NCBI GenBank assembly: GCA_950072105.1
Contig: CATMOE010000026.1
Span: 1 to 48,230, forward strand
DNA length: 48,230 bases
Direction of reading: 5' to 3'
Source of the DNA: an uncultured Dehalococcoidia bacterium
Lineage (GTDB): Bacteria; Chloroflexota; Dehalococcoidia; Lucifugimonadales; UBA3495
Each line of letters begins with the position of its first letter. The first letter of the stretch is position 1. A program made the translations under genes and the position numbers. Below the pieces are notes generated by a model. The model ran no database searches, was not told the DNA's origin, and worked only from the letters and a program-made list of their open reading frames with translations. This document shows, in pieces, positions 29,522 through 39,673 of the stretch.

Positions 29522-30430
29522 TTAAGCTAACATTTCTTGCAGTCCGGCAACTACACTGAAAGCGCGGATCCCAGTCCTATGACTGGTTTGTGTACAGTCT
29601 AGCCCTAGCATATCTAGCTTGAAGTCCTGTTCTAACTCTTCTACCGAATCCGTTTTGGGCGGTACGCCGGCCAATGCCTGAAACGGAGTTACCAGGCTGC
29701 CATCCAACTTAAATACCTCCGCGACAGAACCGGCGAATTGGTACATATTCATCCAATCTGCCCCGGCAAGGTGACAGATCCCAGGGTGATAGTCGGCCAC
29801 CAGCCGCATGATGCCTTCTGTCAGATGCTCAACGTAGATCGGTGTGCGATAAGTATTAGTATCGCCGTTGTAGGTCTCGTTGTTTTTTAAGCGGTTAATT
29901 ATCATGGCCGCCAGATTCTGTCGGCCGATTAACGGCCATCCATACACCACGCTGGTCCGCACAATACTCCACTGGGAGGCCTCACGAGCAACTGCTAGCT
30001 CTGCTTGCCACTTGGTCCGGCCGTAGTGACTGTTCGGCTTGGGGGCGTCATCCTCCTGATAGTTTCCACGGTCACCGCTGAACACATACTCGCTTGACAA
30101 GAAAACCAGCCTCGCATGGTATCGGGTGCAAAGCCGTGCCACTTGTGCGGCCCCATCAACATTTACTTCAGTAGCCCTTTCCGGAGCCCTCTCGGCGGTT
30201 CCAACATCAGCGATAGCGGCCAATAGCACCACCACATCGGGCCGTGCCTGCAGAAAAACCTGATTTAGCCGTTGGTGATCGGTAATTTCCAGCCGGTACC
30301 AAGACTGATCAATGTCCTGAGGCGCGCGAGAATTGTAAGTGTTAGTAACTTCATGATCGGAGTTATACCGGAGGCGGCGAAGCAAGTAATGCCCGATGAA
30401 TCCGCTGGCTCCGATAATCAAGATTCGCAT
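29522..30430 (-). CDS. dTDP-4-dehydrorhamnose reductase-like SDR (RmlD family)
   Basis: GASGFIG, PDVV...AA..DV, SSEYVFSG..G.Y.EDD.P.P...YGRTK, RTSVVYG, MYQFA. Confidence 0.85.
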   Translation of the reverse strand: MRILIIGASGFIGHYLLRRLRYNSDHEVTNTYNSRAPQDIDQSWYRLEITDHQRLNQVFLQARPDVVVLLAAIADVGTAERAPERATEVNVDGAAQVARLCTRYHARLVFLSSEYVFSGDRGNYQEDDAPKPNSHYGRTKWQAELAVAREASQWSIVRTSVVYGWPLIGRQNLAAMIINRLKNNETYNGDTNTYRTPIYVEHLTEGIMRLVADYHPGICHLAGADWMNMYQFAGSVAEVFKLDGSLVTPFQALAGVPPKTDSVEELEQDFKLDMLGLDCTQTSHRTGIRAFSVVAGLQEMLA

Positions 30431-30520
30431 TAAGCCTGCCCTCGCCTGGAGGATATTGATTTAAGTCAGCCGGCGTCGCAGTAGGTTAACAGCCTTTTCT
30501 CATGGCAATGACCCAGTTCC

Positions 30521-31819
30521 TTACTTACAACCAGTTTCAAAGACTATGCTTCGCATGTGCAACGGGCGCTCCCGAAGCATCAGCGTGACGGGAACAGCGA
30601 CCACGGAGATGGCCAGCAATAGGAGGAACGCACGATCGTAACTACCCCATGCGTCGAATACCAACGCCCCGGTTAGAGCGCCCAATCCTCCGAATATTTG
30701 GTGGACCATCGAGATCGAACCGGCGACTAGGCCCAACCGTCCTTGACCGAATATTGCCCCGGCGAAGACCACCGTAAGAGGTGCGGTGACCAAAAATGTA
30801 AAGCCGTAGACAAGGGCGAACGCAGCCACCGCCACCGTGTCTTGGAAATAGATAATAAATCCAAATATAACGATTCTCAGTAAAAAGCAGATCAGAGTGG
30901 GCCTGGCTGCCCCAAATGCATCGGAAAGAACTCCAGACAAAAGCACTCCAACCAGCCCCATCAACCCCATCCACGCCAGCAGGTTACCGGCCAAGACTGA
31001 GCCTACGCCCTGGTCTTGGGCAAAGGCCACCAAATGGGTCGCTACGAAAAAGTCCTGAAACCCGCAGATGGCGTACATGGTAAGCAGTAACGCGAACTGG
31101 CGGGAACGTAGAATCGTCTTTAGAGGCAACCCCTCATCGAGCAAAGGCTCCGCAGGCGCGGACGCAGCCTTATCCCCGGCGGCGTAGGTTTCTCCCAACC
31201 TTGGCTCAACTGTGGGAGGTGGAGGACGAGATCGGACCGCCGTTAGCACCACCGGGACCATAACCGCCAGAGCGACGAATCCCAAGGCTGTAAACGCCGT
31301 ACGCCATCCCATGCTCGCTAGAAACGCCGAAAGTACTCCGATGATAACCAACTGGCCGACGGCGCCCCCGGAGATGGCTGCACTGACCGCTGCGCCTCGC
31401 CGCCGGTAGAACCACCGGCTGATCAACACGCCCACCGGCAGGTTGGAAATGGCTGCGATGCCAATGCCGTAAACAAGCCCGTACGCCAAAAACAAATGCC
31501 AGGGCTCGTAAATCCGGCCCATAAATATGATGCCCAAAGCCGCCAATACCGCCCCGACTCCCATGACCAGCCTCAGGCTATAGCGGTCAATGAGTCTTCC
31601 AACTACGGGAAGAGAAACTGCGGACACCAACATAAAGGCGGTCAAACCCAAGGTGAGGGTTGACCGGCTCCAGCCCAGGTCTTCGGACATTGGCTTGAGC
31701 ACCAGCCCAAAGGCGAACCTGGAACCGGTGCCGAAAAAAAGCACTAAGAAGCCGGAAGCCAGGATTACCCAACTATAACCCGGACGGATCAACCTGGGCT
31801 TCAACAATCTGGGCTCCAT
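30521..31819 (-). CDS. MFS transporter
   Basis: About 12 hydrophobic segments, GRLIDRYSLR motif A, WF..RRG.A, G.LSD.FG. Confidence 0.9.
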   Translation of the reverse strand: MEPRLLKPRLIRPGYSWVILASGFLVLFFGTGSRFAFGLVLKPMSEDLGWSRSTLTLGLTAFMLVSAVSLPVVGRLIDRYSLRLVMGVGAVLAALGIIFMGRIYEPWHLFLAYGLVYGIGIAAISNLPVGVLISRWFYRRRGAAVSAAISGGAVGQLVIIGVLSAFLASMGWRTAFTALGFVALAVMVPVVLTAVRSRPPPPTVEPRLGETYAAGDKAASAPAEPLLDEGLPLKTILRSRQFALLLTMYAICGFQDFFVATHLVAFAQDQGVGSVLAGNLLAWMGLMGLVGVLLSGVLSDAFGAARPTLICFLLRIVIFGFIIYFQDTVAVAAFALVYGFTFLVTAPLTVVFAGAIFGQGRLGLVAGSISMVHQIFGGLGALTGALVFDAWGSYDRAFLLLLAISVVAVPVTLMLRERPLHMRSIVFETGCK

Positions 31820-31958
31820 GGCGGCGTTCTGCGGGTGACATCAAAGAGAATTATCATGTAACTCGGCGAGTGCGAATACATGGTCGAGTCGGCGTGGCGC
31901 TGGAGGAGTACGCCGCGAAGCTGGCCTATCACTTAAAAATCGAGGTGACCCGGATGGG

Positions 31959-33584
31959 CTACTTGTCATCCTCGGGTGCGCCCCATCCCCCGCCGCCCGG
32001 CGTGCGGATGCTCAATACGTCGCCCGGCTCCACGTCCAGCGTTTCTTTTCCCGCCAGGTGAACCTCTTCGTAGCCGCCCCTTAGCAACACGTTTTCGCCG
32101 GTCTCGCCGTGGTGGCCGCCGTGGAATCCGGGGGGCGGGAATTTCCGCCTCTCAGATAGGATGGTAACCCTGGCAGGGGCCAGGAACTCCACGTCGCGCA
32201 CCAGTCCGTCACCGCCCTGGTACTTGCCCCGGCCCCCCGAACCGCGCCGGATGGCGTACCGTTTTAGGCGCATCGGAAAAGCGAACTCAAAGGCCTCTAC
32301 GGGTGTATTCATAGTGTTGGTCATATGGGTGTGAATGCCCGAGATACCGTCCTTGGTCGGCCTGGCGCCCATGCCACCGGCTATGGTTTCGTAGTAAACG
32401 AATGGTTTGTTCCGGTCCAGGTCGTGGCCCCCCACCAGCAGATTGTTCATCGTGCCCTGGCTGGCGGCCGGGATCAACTCGGGCAAGGCTTGGGCTAAAG
32501 CGGAAAAGAGAACGTCGGTTATCCGTTGGGAAGTCTCCACGTTGCCGCCGGCCACGCCCCGTTGGGGTTCCGGGTTTACCAGAGTGCCGCGGGGAGTGAT
32601 GATTTTGATCGGACGCAGGCAGCCCTGGTTGGCCGGCGCTTCCTCACCCACGATGCACCGGATAACGTATAGACATGCTGAAACGGAGATGGCCTGAGGA
32701 GCGTTGATGCAGCCGGGCCGCTGGGGTGAAGTCCCGGTGAAGTCGACCGTGATCTCGTCTCCAGCGACGGTGATGCACACACGAATAGGCACGGGTTGAT
32801 CGGTCAACCCATCGTCGTCCATGTAGTCTACGACCTCGTAGACGCCGTCGGGAATGCGGGTGATGGCCTGGCGGGTCAGCCGCTCGGAGTAGTCCAGCAG
32901 CGCCGCCATATGCTCTTGCGTCTCATCGTTGCCATAGCGTTGAATGATTTCTTGCAATCGGCGCTCGCCGACTCTAGTGGAGGCGATCTGAGCGGCAAGG
33001 TCGCCTTTCCGCTCTTCCGGCGTGCGGGAGTTTCGGCAGATGAGCTGAATGACCTCGTGGTTCAGCCTTCCTCCCCGGATTAACTTGATGGGAGGTATTA
33101 TGGTTCCTTCCTGATACAGCTCGGTGGACAAAGGGAGAGAGCCCGGCGTCATGCCTCCCACGTCGGCGTGGTGACCCCTATTGGCGACGAATCCAGCCAG
33201 GCGCTTGGAAATCCCCCTGCTTCCCGCTTTACCCGAGGGGGAAGCAGGAATATCGGCGTATACCGGTGCGACCAGGGTGATATCCGGAAGGTGGGTGCCG
33301 CCTAGGTACGGGTCGTTCAGGATAACCATGTCTCCGGGCCGCAGGGCATTGGGAAAGGCGTCGATAGCCGCCCGTACCGAGGCCGGCATGGCCCCCAAGT
33401 GGACCGGGACATGGGCAGCTTGGGCGACCATTTGCGCTTCCGGGTCGAATATGGCGCATGAGAAGTCGCGCCGTTCCTTGATATTGGGAGAGTAGGCCGT
33501 GCGCTGTAGCGCCACCCCCATCTCTTCGGAGACGGATATGAACAGGCTCTTGAATACTTCCAGGCTTATTGGGTCGACGGCCAT
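31959..33584 (-). CDS. hyuB: Hydantoinase B / 5-oxoprolinase subunit
   Basis: TAYSPNIKERRDFSCA, PVHLGAM, NDPY.GGTHLPD, HHADVGG..PGS, SQGTMNN, YYETIAGG.GA, HMTNT.NTPVE, TPGGGGWG. Confidence 0.9.
   Translation of the reverse strand: MAVDPISLEVFKSLFISVSEEMGVALQRTAYSPNIKERRDFSCAIFDPEAQMVAQAAHVPVHLGAMPASVRAAIDAFPNALRPGDMVILNDPYLGGTHLPDITLVAPVYADIPASPSGKAGSRGISKRLAGFVANRGHHADVGGMTPGSLPLSTELYQEGTIIPPIKLIRGGRLNHEVIQLICRNSRTPEERKGDLAAQIASTRVGERRLQEIIQRYGNDETQEHMAALLDYSERLTRQAITRIPDGVYEVVDYMDDDGLTDQPVPIRVCITVAGDEITVDFTGTSPQRPGCINAPQAISVSACLYVIRCIVGEEAPANQGCLRPIKIITPRGTLVNPEPQRGVAGGNVETSQRITDVLFSALAQALPELIPAASQGTMNNLLVGGHDLDRNKPFVYYETIAGGMGARPTKDGISGIHTHMTNTMNTPVEAFEFAFPMRLKRYAIRRGSGGRGKYQGGDGLVRDVEFLAPARVTILSERRKFPPPGFHGGHHGETGENVLLRGGYEEVHLAGKETLDVEPGDVLSIRTPGGGGWGAPEDDK
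33210..33248. repeat. REP-like palindrome inside the hyuB reading frame
   Basis: Perfect 10-bp inverted repeat CCTGCTTCCC (33216-33225) / GGGAAGCAGG (33239-33248), within AATCCCCCT...CTTT...GAGGGGGA. Confidence 0.6.
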
Positions 33585-33643
33585 CGGCCACCTCGCGTTT
33601 TAATCTGCGTCACTCTGTAAATTTTATGACGGTTTTTCCGGGC

Positions 33644-35677
33644 TCACTCCGTCTCCAGCACCAGGTTCCCGTAGTCGTCCGTTGTACCGGTCCAGCCGGG
33701 CGTTATCACTACCGTGGTGTCCATCTGCAACACTATGGCAGGACCGGAGATCTGGTCTCCGGTCCGCAGATTCTCCCTATCGTAGAGGCGGGTTGTGACT
33801 GGGCCGCCCGAGAAGACCACTTGTACCTCCCCGATCAGCGCGGGAGTGGATCCAGAGCCCGCAGCTTGTACTGCTACTATCTGGGGTTTATCCATCTCGA
33901 GTCCGAGCTTGAGACGAAGGTTGACGATCTCCACCGCTTCGCCCCGGTCAGCGTAACCGAACCGCTGCAGGTGGGCCCGGTAGAAGCTGTCGGCGATAGA
34001 CCGGCGCATCCTCGCTGTGTCTATTCGGCGTGTGGGAGAAGGGTAATCGATGGTCAGCTCGAAGGACTGTCCCACATAGCGCACGTCCAGGAACCGCTGG
34101 GGCACCATGCGGTCCATGGGCAGTCCCTCCTTCTCCAATTCTTCCCTGGCTAATCCTTCCATACCGTGGAATTCTTCGTCCAGTTGGACACGGTTGATGT
34201 CGTCTCCCCGCATCATCACCGTTCGGGAGTAGTCTTTGACGATATCGGCGATGGCCACGCCTAGAGCCGACAGTATGCCGGGACGGGCGGGCACCAGGAC
34301 CCGGGGAATGCCCATTTCGTGGGCCAATTCGCAGCAGTGCATCGGACCCGCGCCACCGAAAGGCACCATGGTGAACTGACGGGGATCGTAGCCACGCTCT
34401 TGAGAGGTGGCGCGGATGGCCCGCGCCATGTTAGCGTTAACGACCCTGATAACGCCCAGAGCCGTCTCTTGGACGCTCAATGAAATCTGCGAAGCCAGTT
34501 CAGCGATCAGGCCCTCGGCCCGTTGGCGGTCCAGAGTCATTCGCCCACCAAGGAAATTGTCGGGCAGCATTCGTCCCAGAACCAGATTGGCGTCGGTAAC
34601 GGTGATCTGATCTCCCTTCCCGTAGCAAGCCGGGCCGGGGTCCGCTCCCGCCGATTGTGGGCCCACCACCAGGGCCCCTCCGGCGTCCACCCGGGCGATG
34701 GACCCGCCGCCGGCCCCGACGGTGTGTATATCTATCATTGGCACACTGATGGGATACCCCCCAACCTGGGAACCGGTGGTCTCCTTGATCCGAGACGGAC
34801 AGAGAGAGACGTCGGTGGACGTCCCACCCATGTCCAGGGTGATGATATCGGGATAGCCTGCCTGAACACCGGTGTAGAAAGCCCCCACCACTCCGCCGGC
34901 GGGACCGCTCAGGATAGTGCGCACCGGCTGGTCCGCCGCCAAACGCGCCGTGATGCTGCCCCCGGAGGACTGCATGATGCGCAGTCCCTTACCCAGTGAG
35001 TTCTCCAAGTTGGTCAAATAACGGCTCACGACCTGGCCGACGTAGGAGTTGATCACCACGGTGCTGGTGCGCTCGTACTCCCGGAACTCCGGCAGCACTT
35101 TGCTGGAGATGGAGATGAAAGGGTTGTTGGGCAGCTTTTCCAATGCGGCCAGCACGGCCTCTTCGTGGGCCGGATTTAGGAAGGAGAAGAGGAAAGACAC
35201 GGCGATGCTATCTACTTCGGCTTCCTCGATCAGGTGTACACAGGTCTGGATAGCTTCGGGCAGCAGGTCTTCCACGATAGCGCCGTGGTGGTCCACTCGC
35301 TCCGGCAAGCCGAACCGCAATTCCCAAGGCGCCAGGGGGGCTGGCCGGTCCACGTTAAGGTTATAGAGTTCGGAACGGCTCTGGCGGCCGATCTCCAGCA
35401 CGTCCTCAAACCCCAAGGTCGTGATTAGGGCCGTGCGGCCTCCTTTGCCCTCCAACAACGCGTTGGTTGCCACCGTGGAGCCGTGGACAAAATCGGCAGC
35501 GAATTCGCTGCCCCCGTCCACGAACTGTGGGCAGGCTTCTATTACGCCCTTCACGATCCCAACCGAAGGGTCACTGGGAGTGGAGGGTAGCTTGTGCACT
35601 CGCAACCGGCCATCTTCCAAGATGGCAATGTCGGTGAAGGTGCCGCCCACGTCGATTCCCACGATGGTTTTGGCCAT
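33644..35677 (-). CDS. hyuA: Hydantoinase A / 5-oxoprolinase ATP-binding subunit
   Basis: GIDVGGTFTD, HGSTVATNALLE, PEFREYER.ST, SGPAGGV, DMGGTSTDV, GAGGGSIA, GP.SAGA.PGPACYG, FGGAGPMH. Confidence 0.9.
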   Translation of the reverse strand: MAKTIVGIDVGGTFTDIAILEDGRLRVHKLPSTPSDPSVGIVKGVIEACPQFVDGGSEFAADFVHGSTVATNALLEGKGGRTALITTLGFEDVLEIGRQSRSELYNLNVDRPAPLAPWELRFGLPERVDHHGAIVEDLLPEAIQTCVHLIEEAEVDSIAVSFLFSFLNPAHEEAVLAALEKLPNNPFISISSKVLPEFREYERTSTVVINSYVGQVVSRYLTNLENSLGKGLRIMQSSGGSITARLAADQPVRTILSGPAGGVVGAFYTGVQAGYPDIITLDMGGTSTDVSLCPSRIKETTGSQVGGYPISVPMIDIHTVGAGGGSIARVDAGGALVVGPQSAGADPGPACYGKGDQITVTDANLVLGRMLPDNFLGGRMTLDRQRAEGLIAELASQISLSVQETALGVIRVVNANMARAIRATSQERGYDPRQFTMVPFGGAGPMHCCELAHEMGIPRVLVPARPGILSALGVAIADIVKDYSRTVMMRGDDINRVQLDEEFHGMEGLAREELEKEGLPMDRMVPQRFLDVRYVGQSFELTIDYPSPTRRIDTARMRRSIADSFYRAHLQRFGYADRGEAVEIVNLRLKLGLEMDKPQIVAVQAAGSGSTPALIGEVQVVFSGGPVTTRLYDRENLRTGDQISGPAIVLQMDTTVVITPGWTGTTDDYGNLVLETE

Positions 35678-35895
35678 TGGCTCGGTTAACTCCTTCTATT
35701 AACGCCATTTAAAGTAGGTGTTGCTACACCACGATCTTGGCGCATCGTTCTGCTAGGTAGTGTATCAGCCTAGGCGGCGTTATTCCGGCGCAGGCTGGAA
35801 TCTACAAATTGTTGGCGCCATGGACGCTCCTGGAAACCGACTTCCGCCGGTGTGACGGCGAAGGGCCGAAAAGAATTAACCTGCGGTTTTGCGGC

Positions 35896-36840
35896 TCAGG
35901 CGGTGAGGCGAGGGAGCACCTCGCGGGCGATCAGCTCCACCTGCTCAGGCTGATAACGGTAGGGAATCAGGACCAACCGGTCGACTCCCGTCTCGATGTG
36001 GGCCTGGAGTTGCTCGACACACTGGTCTGGTGTCCCGCAGATCGCATGTTCGATGGTGGAGTCGCTCCAGCCCGCCACGTCCCACTCGGTGCTCAGCCAG
36101 TGCCGCATGTCCGGATCGACCTCTTCCTTGGACGGCCCCACGTATATCGCTAATTGGTTCGTGGACGACAGGGTTGACGGGTCCCGCCCGTACTCTTCGG
36201 CGTAGGCAAGTACCTTGTCCCAAGATTTGGTGAAGCCTTCCGGCGTGTAGAAGTAAGTCAGCCAACCGTCCCCCATTCGGGCCGCGCGGCGCAGCACCGC
36301 GTCGACGTAGCCCCCGATCAGCACGGGAGGATGGGGCGACTGGTAGGGCTTGGGCAGGAGCACCGCCTGCCTCAAGTTATGGTTGTCCACCTGCAACGTT
36401 ACCGAGTCTTCGGTCCAAAGACGCAGCATAAGATCCAGGTTGCGTTCGAAGATCCGTCCGCGCCGCTTGAACTCCACACCCACGGCGTCGAACTCCCGAG
36501 CGTACCAGCCGGCGGCGGCCCCCACAATGAGCCGGCCTTTGGAGATTTGATCCAGGCTGGTCAACGTCTTGGCAGTTACCACCGGGTTCCGCAGCGGCAG
36601 CACTAAAACACCGGTTCCCAGCTTTATCCTAGTGGTGCGGGCCGCGATCGCAATGAGTATGGACAGGGCATCCAGGACGGGAAAAGCCGGATCCACGCCC
36701 AACAGCATGTGGTCCCATACCCAGAGGGACTCATAGCCCAGTTCCTCGGCCCGTTGGGCGTAAGCCAGGAGTTCGTCGACGTCCGGAGTCTCGCCGGGGC
36801 CCACGAAGTTCCTCATAGCGAGGCCAAATTGCACCGCCAT
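35896..36840 (-). CDS. LLM-class (luciferase-like, probably F420-dependent) oxidoreductase
   Basis: AEELGYESLWVWDH, T.RIKLGTGVLVLPLRNP...AK...LD.IS.GR, GW..REF, PKP.Q.PHPP..IGG, RAAR.GDGW. Confidence 0.9.
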   Translation of the reverse strand: MAVQFGLAMRNFVGPGETPDVDELLAYAQRAEELGYESLWVWDHMLLGVDPAFPVLDALSILIAIAARTTRIKLGTGVLVLPLRNPVVTAKTLTSLDQISKGRLIVGAAAGWYAREFDAVGVEFKRRGRIFERNLDLMLRLWTEDSVTLQVDNHNLRQAVLLPKPYQSPHPPVLIGGYVDAVLRRAARMGDGWLTYFYTPEGFTKSWDKVLAYAEEYGRDPSTLSSTNQLAIYVGPSKEEVDPDMRHWLSTEWDVAGWSDSTIEHAICGTPDQCVEQLQAHIETGVDRLVLIPYRYQPEQVELIAREVLPRLTA

Positions 36841-36859
36841 TACACCGTCTCTCTGGCTT

Positions 36860-37618
36860 TCATATAAACCGCCTTTCTGTATCGAGCTCCCGCAGCAGAG
36901 CAAGTTCTTTTTCTTCAGGAGGGTCGGTGATCGGTAATTGATCGTTTATAAGCAGATCGAACCCCGTCATCTCCAGCACTTCCTCCACCGAGACGCCGGG
37001 GTGCAGGCCTTCCAGACGCATGGCTTTGGATTCTTCATCGAACCCCAGTATCCCCAGATTGGTCACGACCTGGCTAACGCGGCCGAAAAGCAGACCGGCA
37101 TCCCGGCGGGACGTTCCGCCACTGAGGAAACCGGGACTGGTGACAAAATCCACCCGGGGAACAAAGCGCCGCCGCTCGTGCGTGGTTACCACCATCACCC
37201 GGTGGCATAAGGAGATGATATCGTTGGCCCCACCGCTGCCCGGCAGCCTCACTTGGGGTTTATCGTAGGAACCAACCACCGAGGAGTTGAGATTGCCGAA
37301 TCGATCGACTTGGGCGCCACCGACGAACCCTACTTCCAAGAAACCGCGCTGGGCGAACAGGAAAGTGTCCGTGATACCGGGCAGGACCCTGGCCCGGTGG
37401 GCGACCCTCATCTCGTTGGTGGATATGGGTAGCTGGCCGGGAAGCAACTCCGGACCGATGGAGCCCCCTTCGACCACAATGGTCAAGTCCGGAGCATGGG
37501 TTTTCTGGGCCAAAGCCGCCGCCAGCAGGGGAATGCCTACGCCGGCGAATACCGACTTGACTCCGGCCAGTTGGCGGGCCGCGATCACGGCCAGTAATTC
37601 GGCGGGCGAGTAGCTCAT
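36860..37618 (-). CDS. Class I CoA-transferase beta subunit (GctB/CatJ-like)
   Basis: FAGVGIP, IVVEGG (catalytic Glu retained), GGAQVDRFGNLNS, RLPGSGGANDI, VDFVTSPG, HPGVS. Confidence 0.9.
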   Translation of the reverse strand: MSYSPAELLAVIAARQLAGVKSVFAGVGIPLLAAALAQKTHAPDLTIVVEGGSIGPELLPGQLPISTNEMRVAHRARVLPGITDTFLFAQRGFLEVGFVGGAQVDRFGNLNSSVVGSYDKPQVRLPGSGGANDIISLCHRVMVVTTHERRRFVPRVDFVTSPGFLSGGTSRRDAGLLFGRVSQVVTNLGILGFDEESKAMRLEGLHPGVSVEEVLEMTGFDLLINDQLPITDPPEEKELALLRELDTERRFI

Positions 37619-38571
37619 CCTCTCCCCACCAACTGCTGGGCGTCTCGAGCTTTCCGCTCTAACGTGCCGGCTCCAAAGAGACTCAGGTAGTCTTTGTGGA
37701 CGGGCGTGTTGTAGACATAACGGTCCAGGTACTCCCGAACCCCTTCGGCCCCCTGGGAGCTGCCCTCCGCTACATATTTGTCGAAATGATCGAAGTCGGC
37801 TTCATAAAGCCCGTAGCATTCGTGGGGAAAGGCCCCGTAGGGAACTTCTACCAGGGCGTCGACGGCGAAGCCCGGGATCTTGGTCCGGTCCGGCTGACTA
37901 CGGATCTGCTCCTCTGATACTATCTCTTCGGCTGTGATTATCACCGTGGTGGACGCCAGAGCGATGTCCACGTCCATGTGAGGGTAGCCGTCTATCTGGC
38001 AGTTGCCCAAACGGTCTGCCCGGTGAACGTGCAGCACGGCCACATCCGGGAAGAGAGCCGGTACCAGGGCGACCTTCTCGCCGGTGAAGGGGCATTCCAT
38101 CGTTTTCGCGCTTCCCACGTCCATCAGGTCCGAACCCAGCATGCTCAATGACGGCAGGAAAGGGACACCCATGGCTCCGGCCCGAAAGCGGAGCCCTAAG
38201 GCTAGATGACTCCACTCTTCGTACTTCAACTGGCCGCCTTCGACCGCTTGCCTGAACACTTTGGATAGGCCCCAGGGCAATCCGATGGCGAACCAGCTAG
38301 ACACCACGGTTTCCACCGCCTGAGCCGCGATGAACCACTCGCCTTCGTAACACATCAGGTTGCGCGCCAGAGTTAGGCCGCGCCGCTCTTGACGTAAAAT
38401 CTCCATAAGCAAAGCCAGGGGTGTTCGCGAGTAACAGCAGCCACCGATGGCCACTACGTCGCCATCTTTCACCCACCCGGCCGCCTCTGTTAGCGACGTG
38501 AGCTTTACGCCGCCGGGCCGGGCCTTGGCCTCCAGGCGCCGCCGGGCCTCTACAAAATCGCCAGGCTCCAT
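37615..38571 (-). CDS. Class I CoA-transferase alpha subunit (GctA/CatI-like)
   Basis: V.DGD.VAIGG, RAGAMGVPFLP, GSDL, CPFTG..V.LVPAL.PDVA.LH..RAD..GN, VDA.VEVPYGA.P. Confidence 0.9.
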   Translation of the reverse strand: MEPGDFVEARRRLEAKARPGGVKLTSLTEAAGWVKDGDVVAIGGCCYSRTPLALLMEILRQERRGLTLARNLMCYEGEWFIAAQAVETVVSSWFAIGLPWGLSKVFRQAVEGGQLKYEEWSHLALGLRFRAGAMGVPFLPSLSMLGSDLMDVGSAKTMECPFTGEKVALVPALFPDVAVLHVHRADRLGNCQIDGYPHMDVDIALASTTVIITAEEIVSEEQIRSQPDRTKIPGFAVDALVEVPYGAFPHECYGLYEADFDHFDKYVAEGSSQGAEGVREYLDRYVYNTPVHKDYLSLFGAGTLERKARDAQQLVGRG

Positions 38572-38697
38572 AGAATAACCTCGGAGTCGATAGCTTAGTA
38601 CCGGATCAATGAGGGAGTAAAGAGGACGTATTCTGTGCGGGTGCGGGGGTGGTTTCGCCGGTGATTCGTCTCTATGTGCCCCCCAGCATAGGCCGCA

Positions 38698-38726
38698 ATA
38701 CTATCGTCGCCACAGGTGCCTGTCAA
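38698..38726 (-). promoter_or_regulatory. Sigma70-type promoter for the gctA-gctB-LLM operon
   Basis: Minus-strand TTGACA (38726-38721), 17-bp spacer, TAGTAT (38703-38698). Confidence 0.65.
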
Positions 38727-38763
38727 GGTGAAATCAAGCGTAAGGAATGGCTGGACACCTAGC

Positions 38764-38793
38764 TTGACACAGTTTAGAGCCCACCTCTATACT
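38764..38793 (+). promoter_or_regulatory. Sigma70-type promoter of the Mo-hydroxylase operon, probably leaderless
   Basis: TTGACA (38764-38769), 18-bp spacer, TATACT (38788-38793). The GTG start lies 7 nt after the -10 element, with no Shine-Dalgarno. Confidence 0.7.
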
Positions 38794-38800
38794 CTCGCCT

Positions 38801-39673
38801 GTGCTGGGGTTAGAAGGCTACTATGAGCCTGCCTCTATAGATGAGGCGTTGGACATCCTCCGCCGGGGCAACGGCAAGCCTTTCGCCGGCGGGACGGACG
38901 TGATCATCAATCTGCGCCGCCGGACAGTCACCTATAAAGGCCTGGTTAACATAAAGCGGTTGCCCGGCATAGCCGATTGGTCCACCAAGCCCGGAGAAGG
39001 GCTTCACATCGGTGCGGCCACGCCCTTTCGCGACCTGGAGAGTTCCCCCTCGGTGACGCAACGATACTCCGCCCTGGCAGAGTCGATCCGGGTGATCGGC
39101 TCCGTGCAGCTACGTAACATGGCAACGATCGGCGGCAACCTGTGTAACGCCTCCCCGGCAGCCGACAGCGCACCCGCATTGATAGTTTCCAAGGCCACGG
39201 TAACATTCACCGGGAACGGCGAAGGGACGCGCAGTTGCCTGGTGGAGCAGTTCTTTAGCGGCCCTGGGCGATCCATCCTGGATCCTGACGAACTTCTCTT
39301 GTCGCTGGAAATTCCCGAGCCTGAATCGGACAGCGGCGATTGTTTTCAACGATTCACTCCCCGGGGCGCCCTGGACATCGCCGTAGTCAGCGCCGCCTCC
39401 CGGGTCACCCTGGACCGGTCCAGCGGCCGGGTCCAAGAAGCGGTCATAGCCCTGGGGGCGGTGGCGCCAACCCCCGTGCGGGCGGGCAAAGCCGAAGACG
39501 CTTTGGTGGGCCACGAGCCGACGCCGGACCTGATGGCGCAGGCGGCCAAGATCGCCAGAGAGGAGTGCAACCCGATCAGCGACATCCGCGGTTCGGCTTC
39601 CTACCGGCAGGCGTTGATCGAGGTGCTGGTGCGGCGTACTCTGGAGCAGGCCGTGGAGCGGGCGCGAACGTAG
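38801..39673 (+). CDS. Xanthine dehydrogenase-family FAD-binding subunit (NdhF/CoxM-like)
   Basis: AGGTDV, IGS.Q.RN.ATIGGNLCNASPAAD, ALGAVAPTP, PISD.RGSA.YR. Confidence 0.95.
   Translation: MLGLEGYYEPASIDEALDILRRGNGKPFAGGTDVIINLRRRTVTYKGLVNIKRLPGIADWSTKPGEGLHIGAATPFRDLESSPSVTQRYSALAESIRVIGSVQLRNMATIGGNLCNASPAADSAPALIVSKATVTFTGNGEGTRSCLVEQFFSGPGRSILDPDELLLSLEIPEPESDSGDCFQRFTPRGALDIAVVSAASRVTLDRSSGRVQEAVIALGAVAPTPVRAGKAEDALVGHEPTPDLMAQAAKIAREECNPISDIRGSASYRQALIEVLVRRTLEQAVERART

Noticed and set aside
36860..38571. IpdAB steroid ring hydrolase
   Set aside because: The beta subunit keeps the GctB-type catalytic Glu (IVVEGG), and no steroid C/D-ring genes are adjacent.
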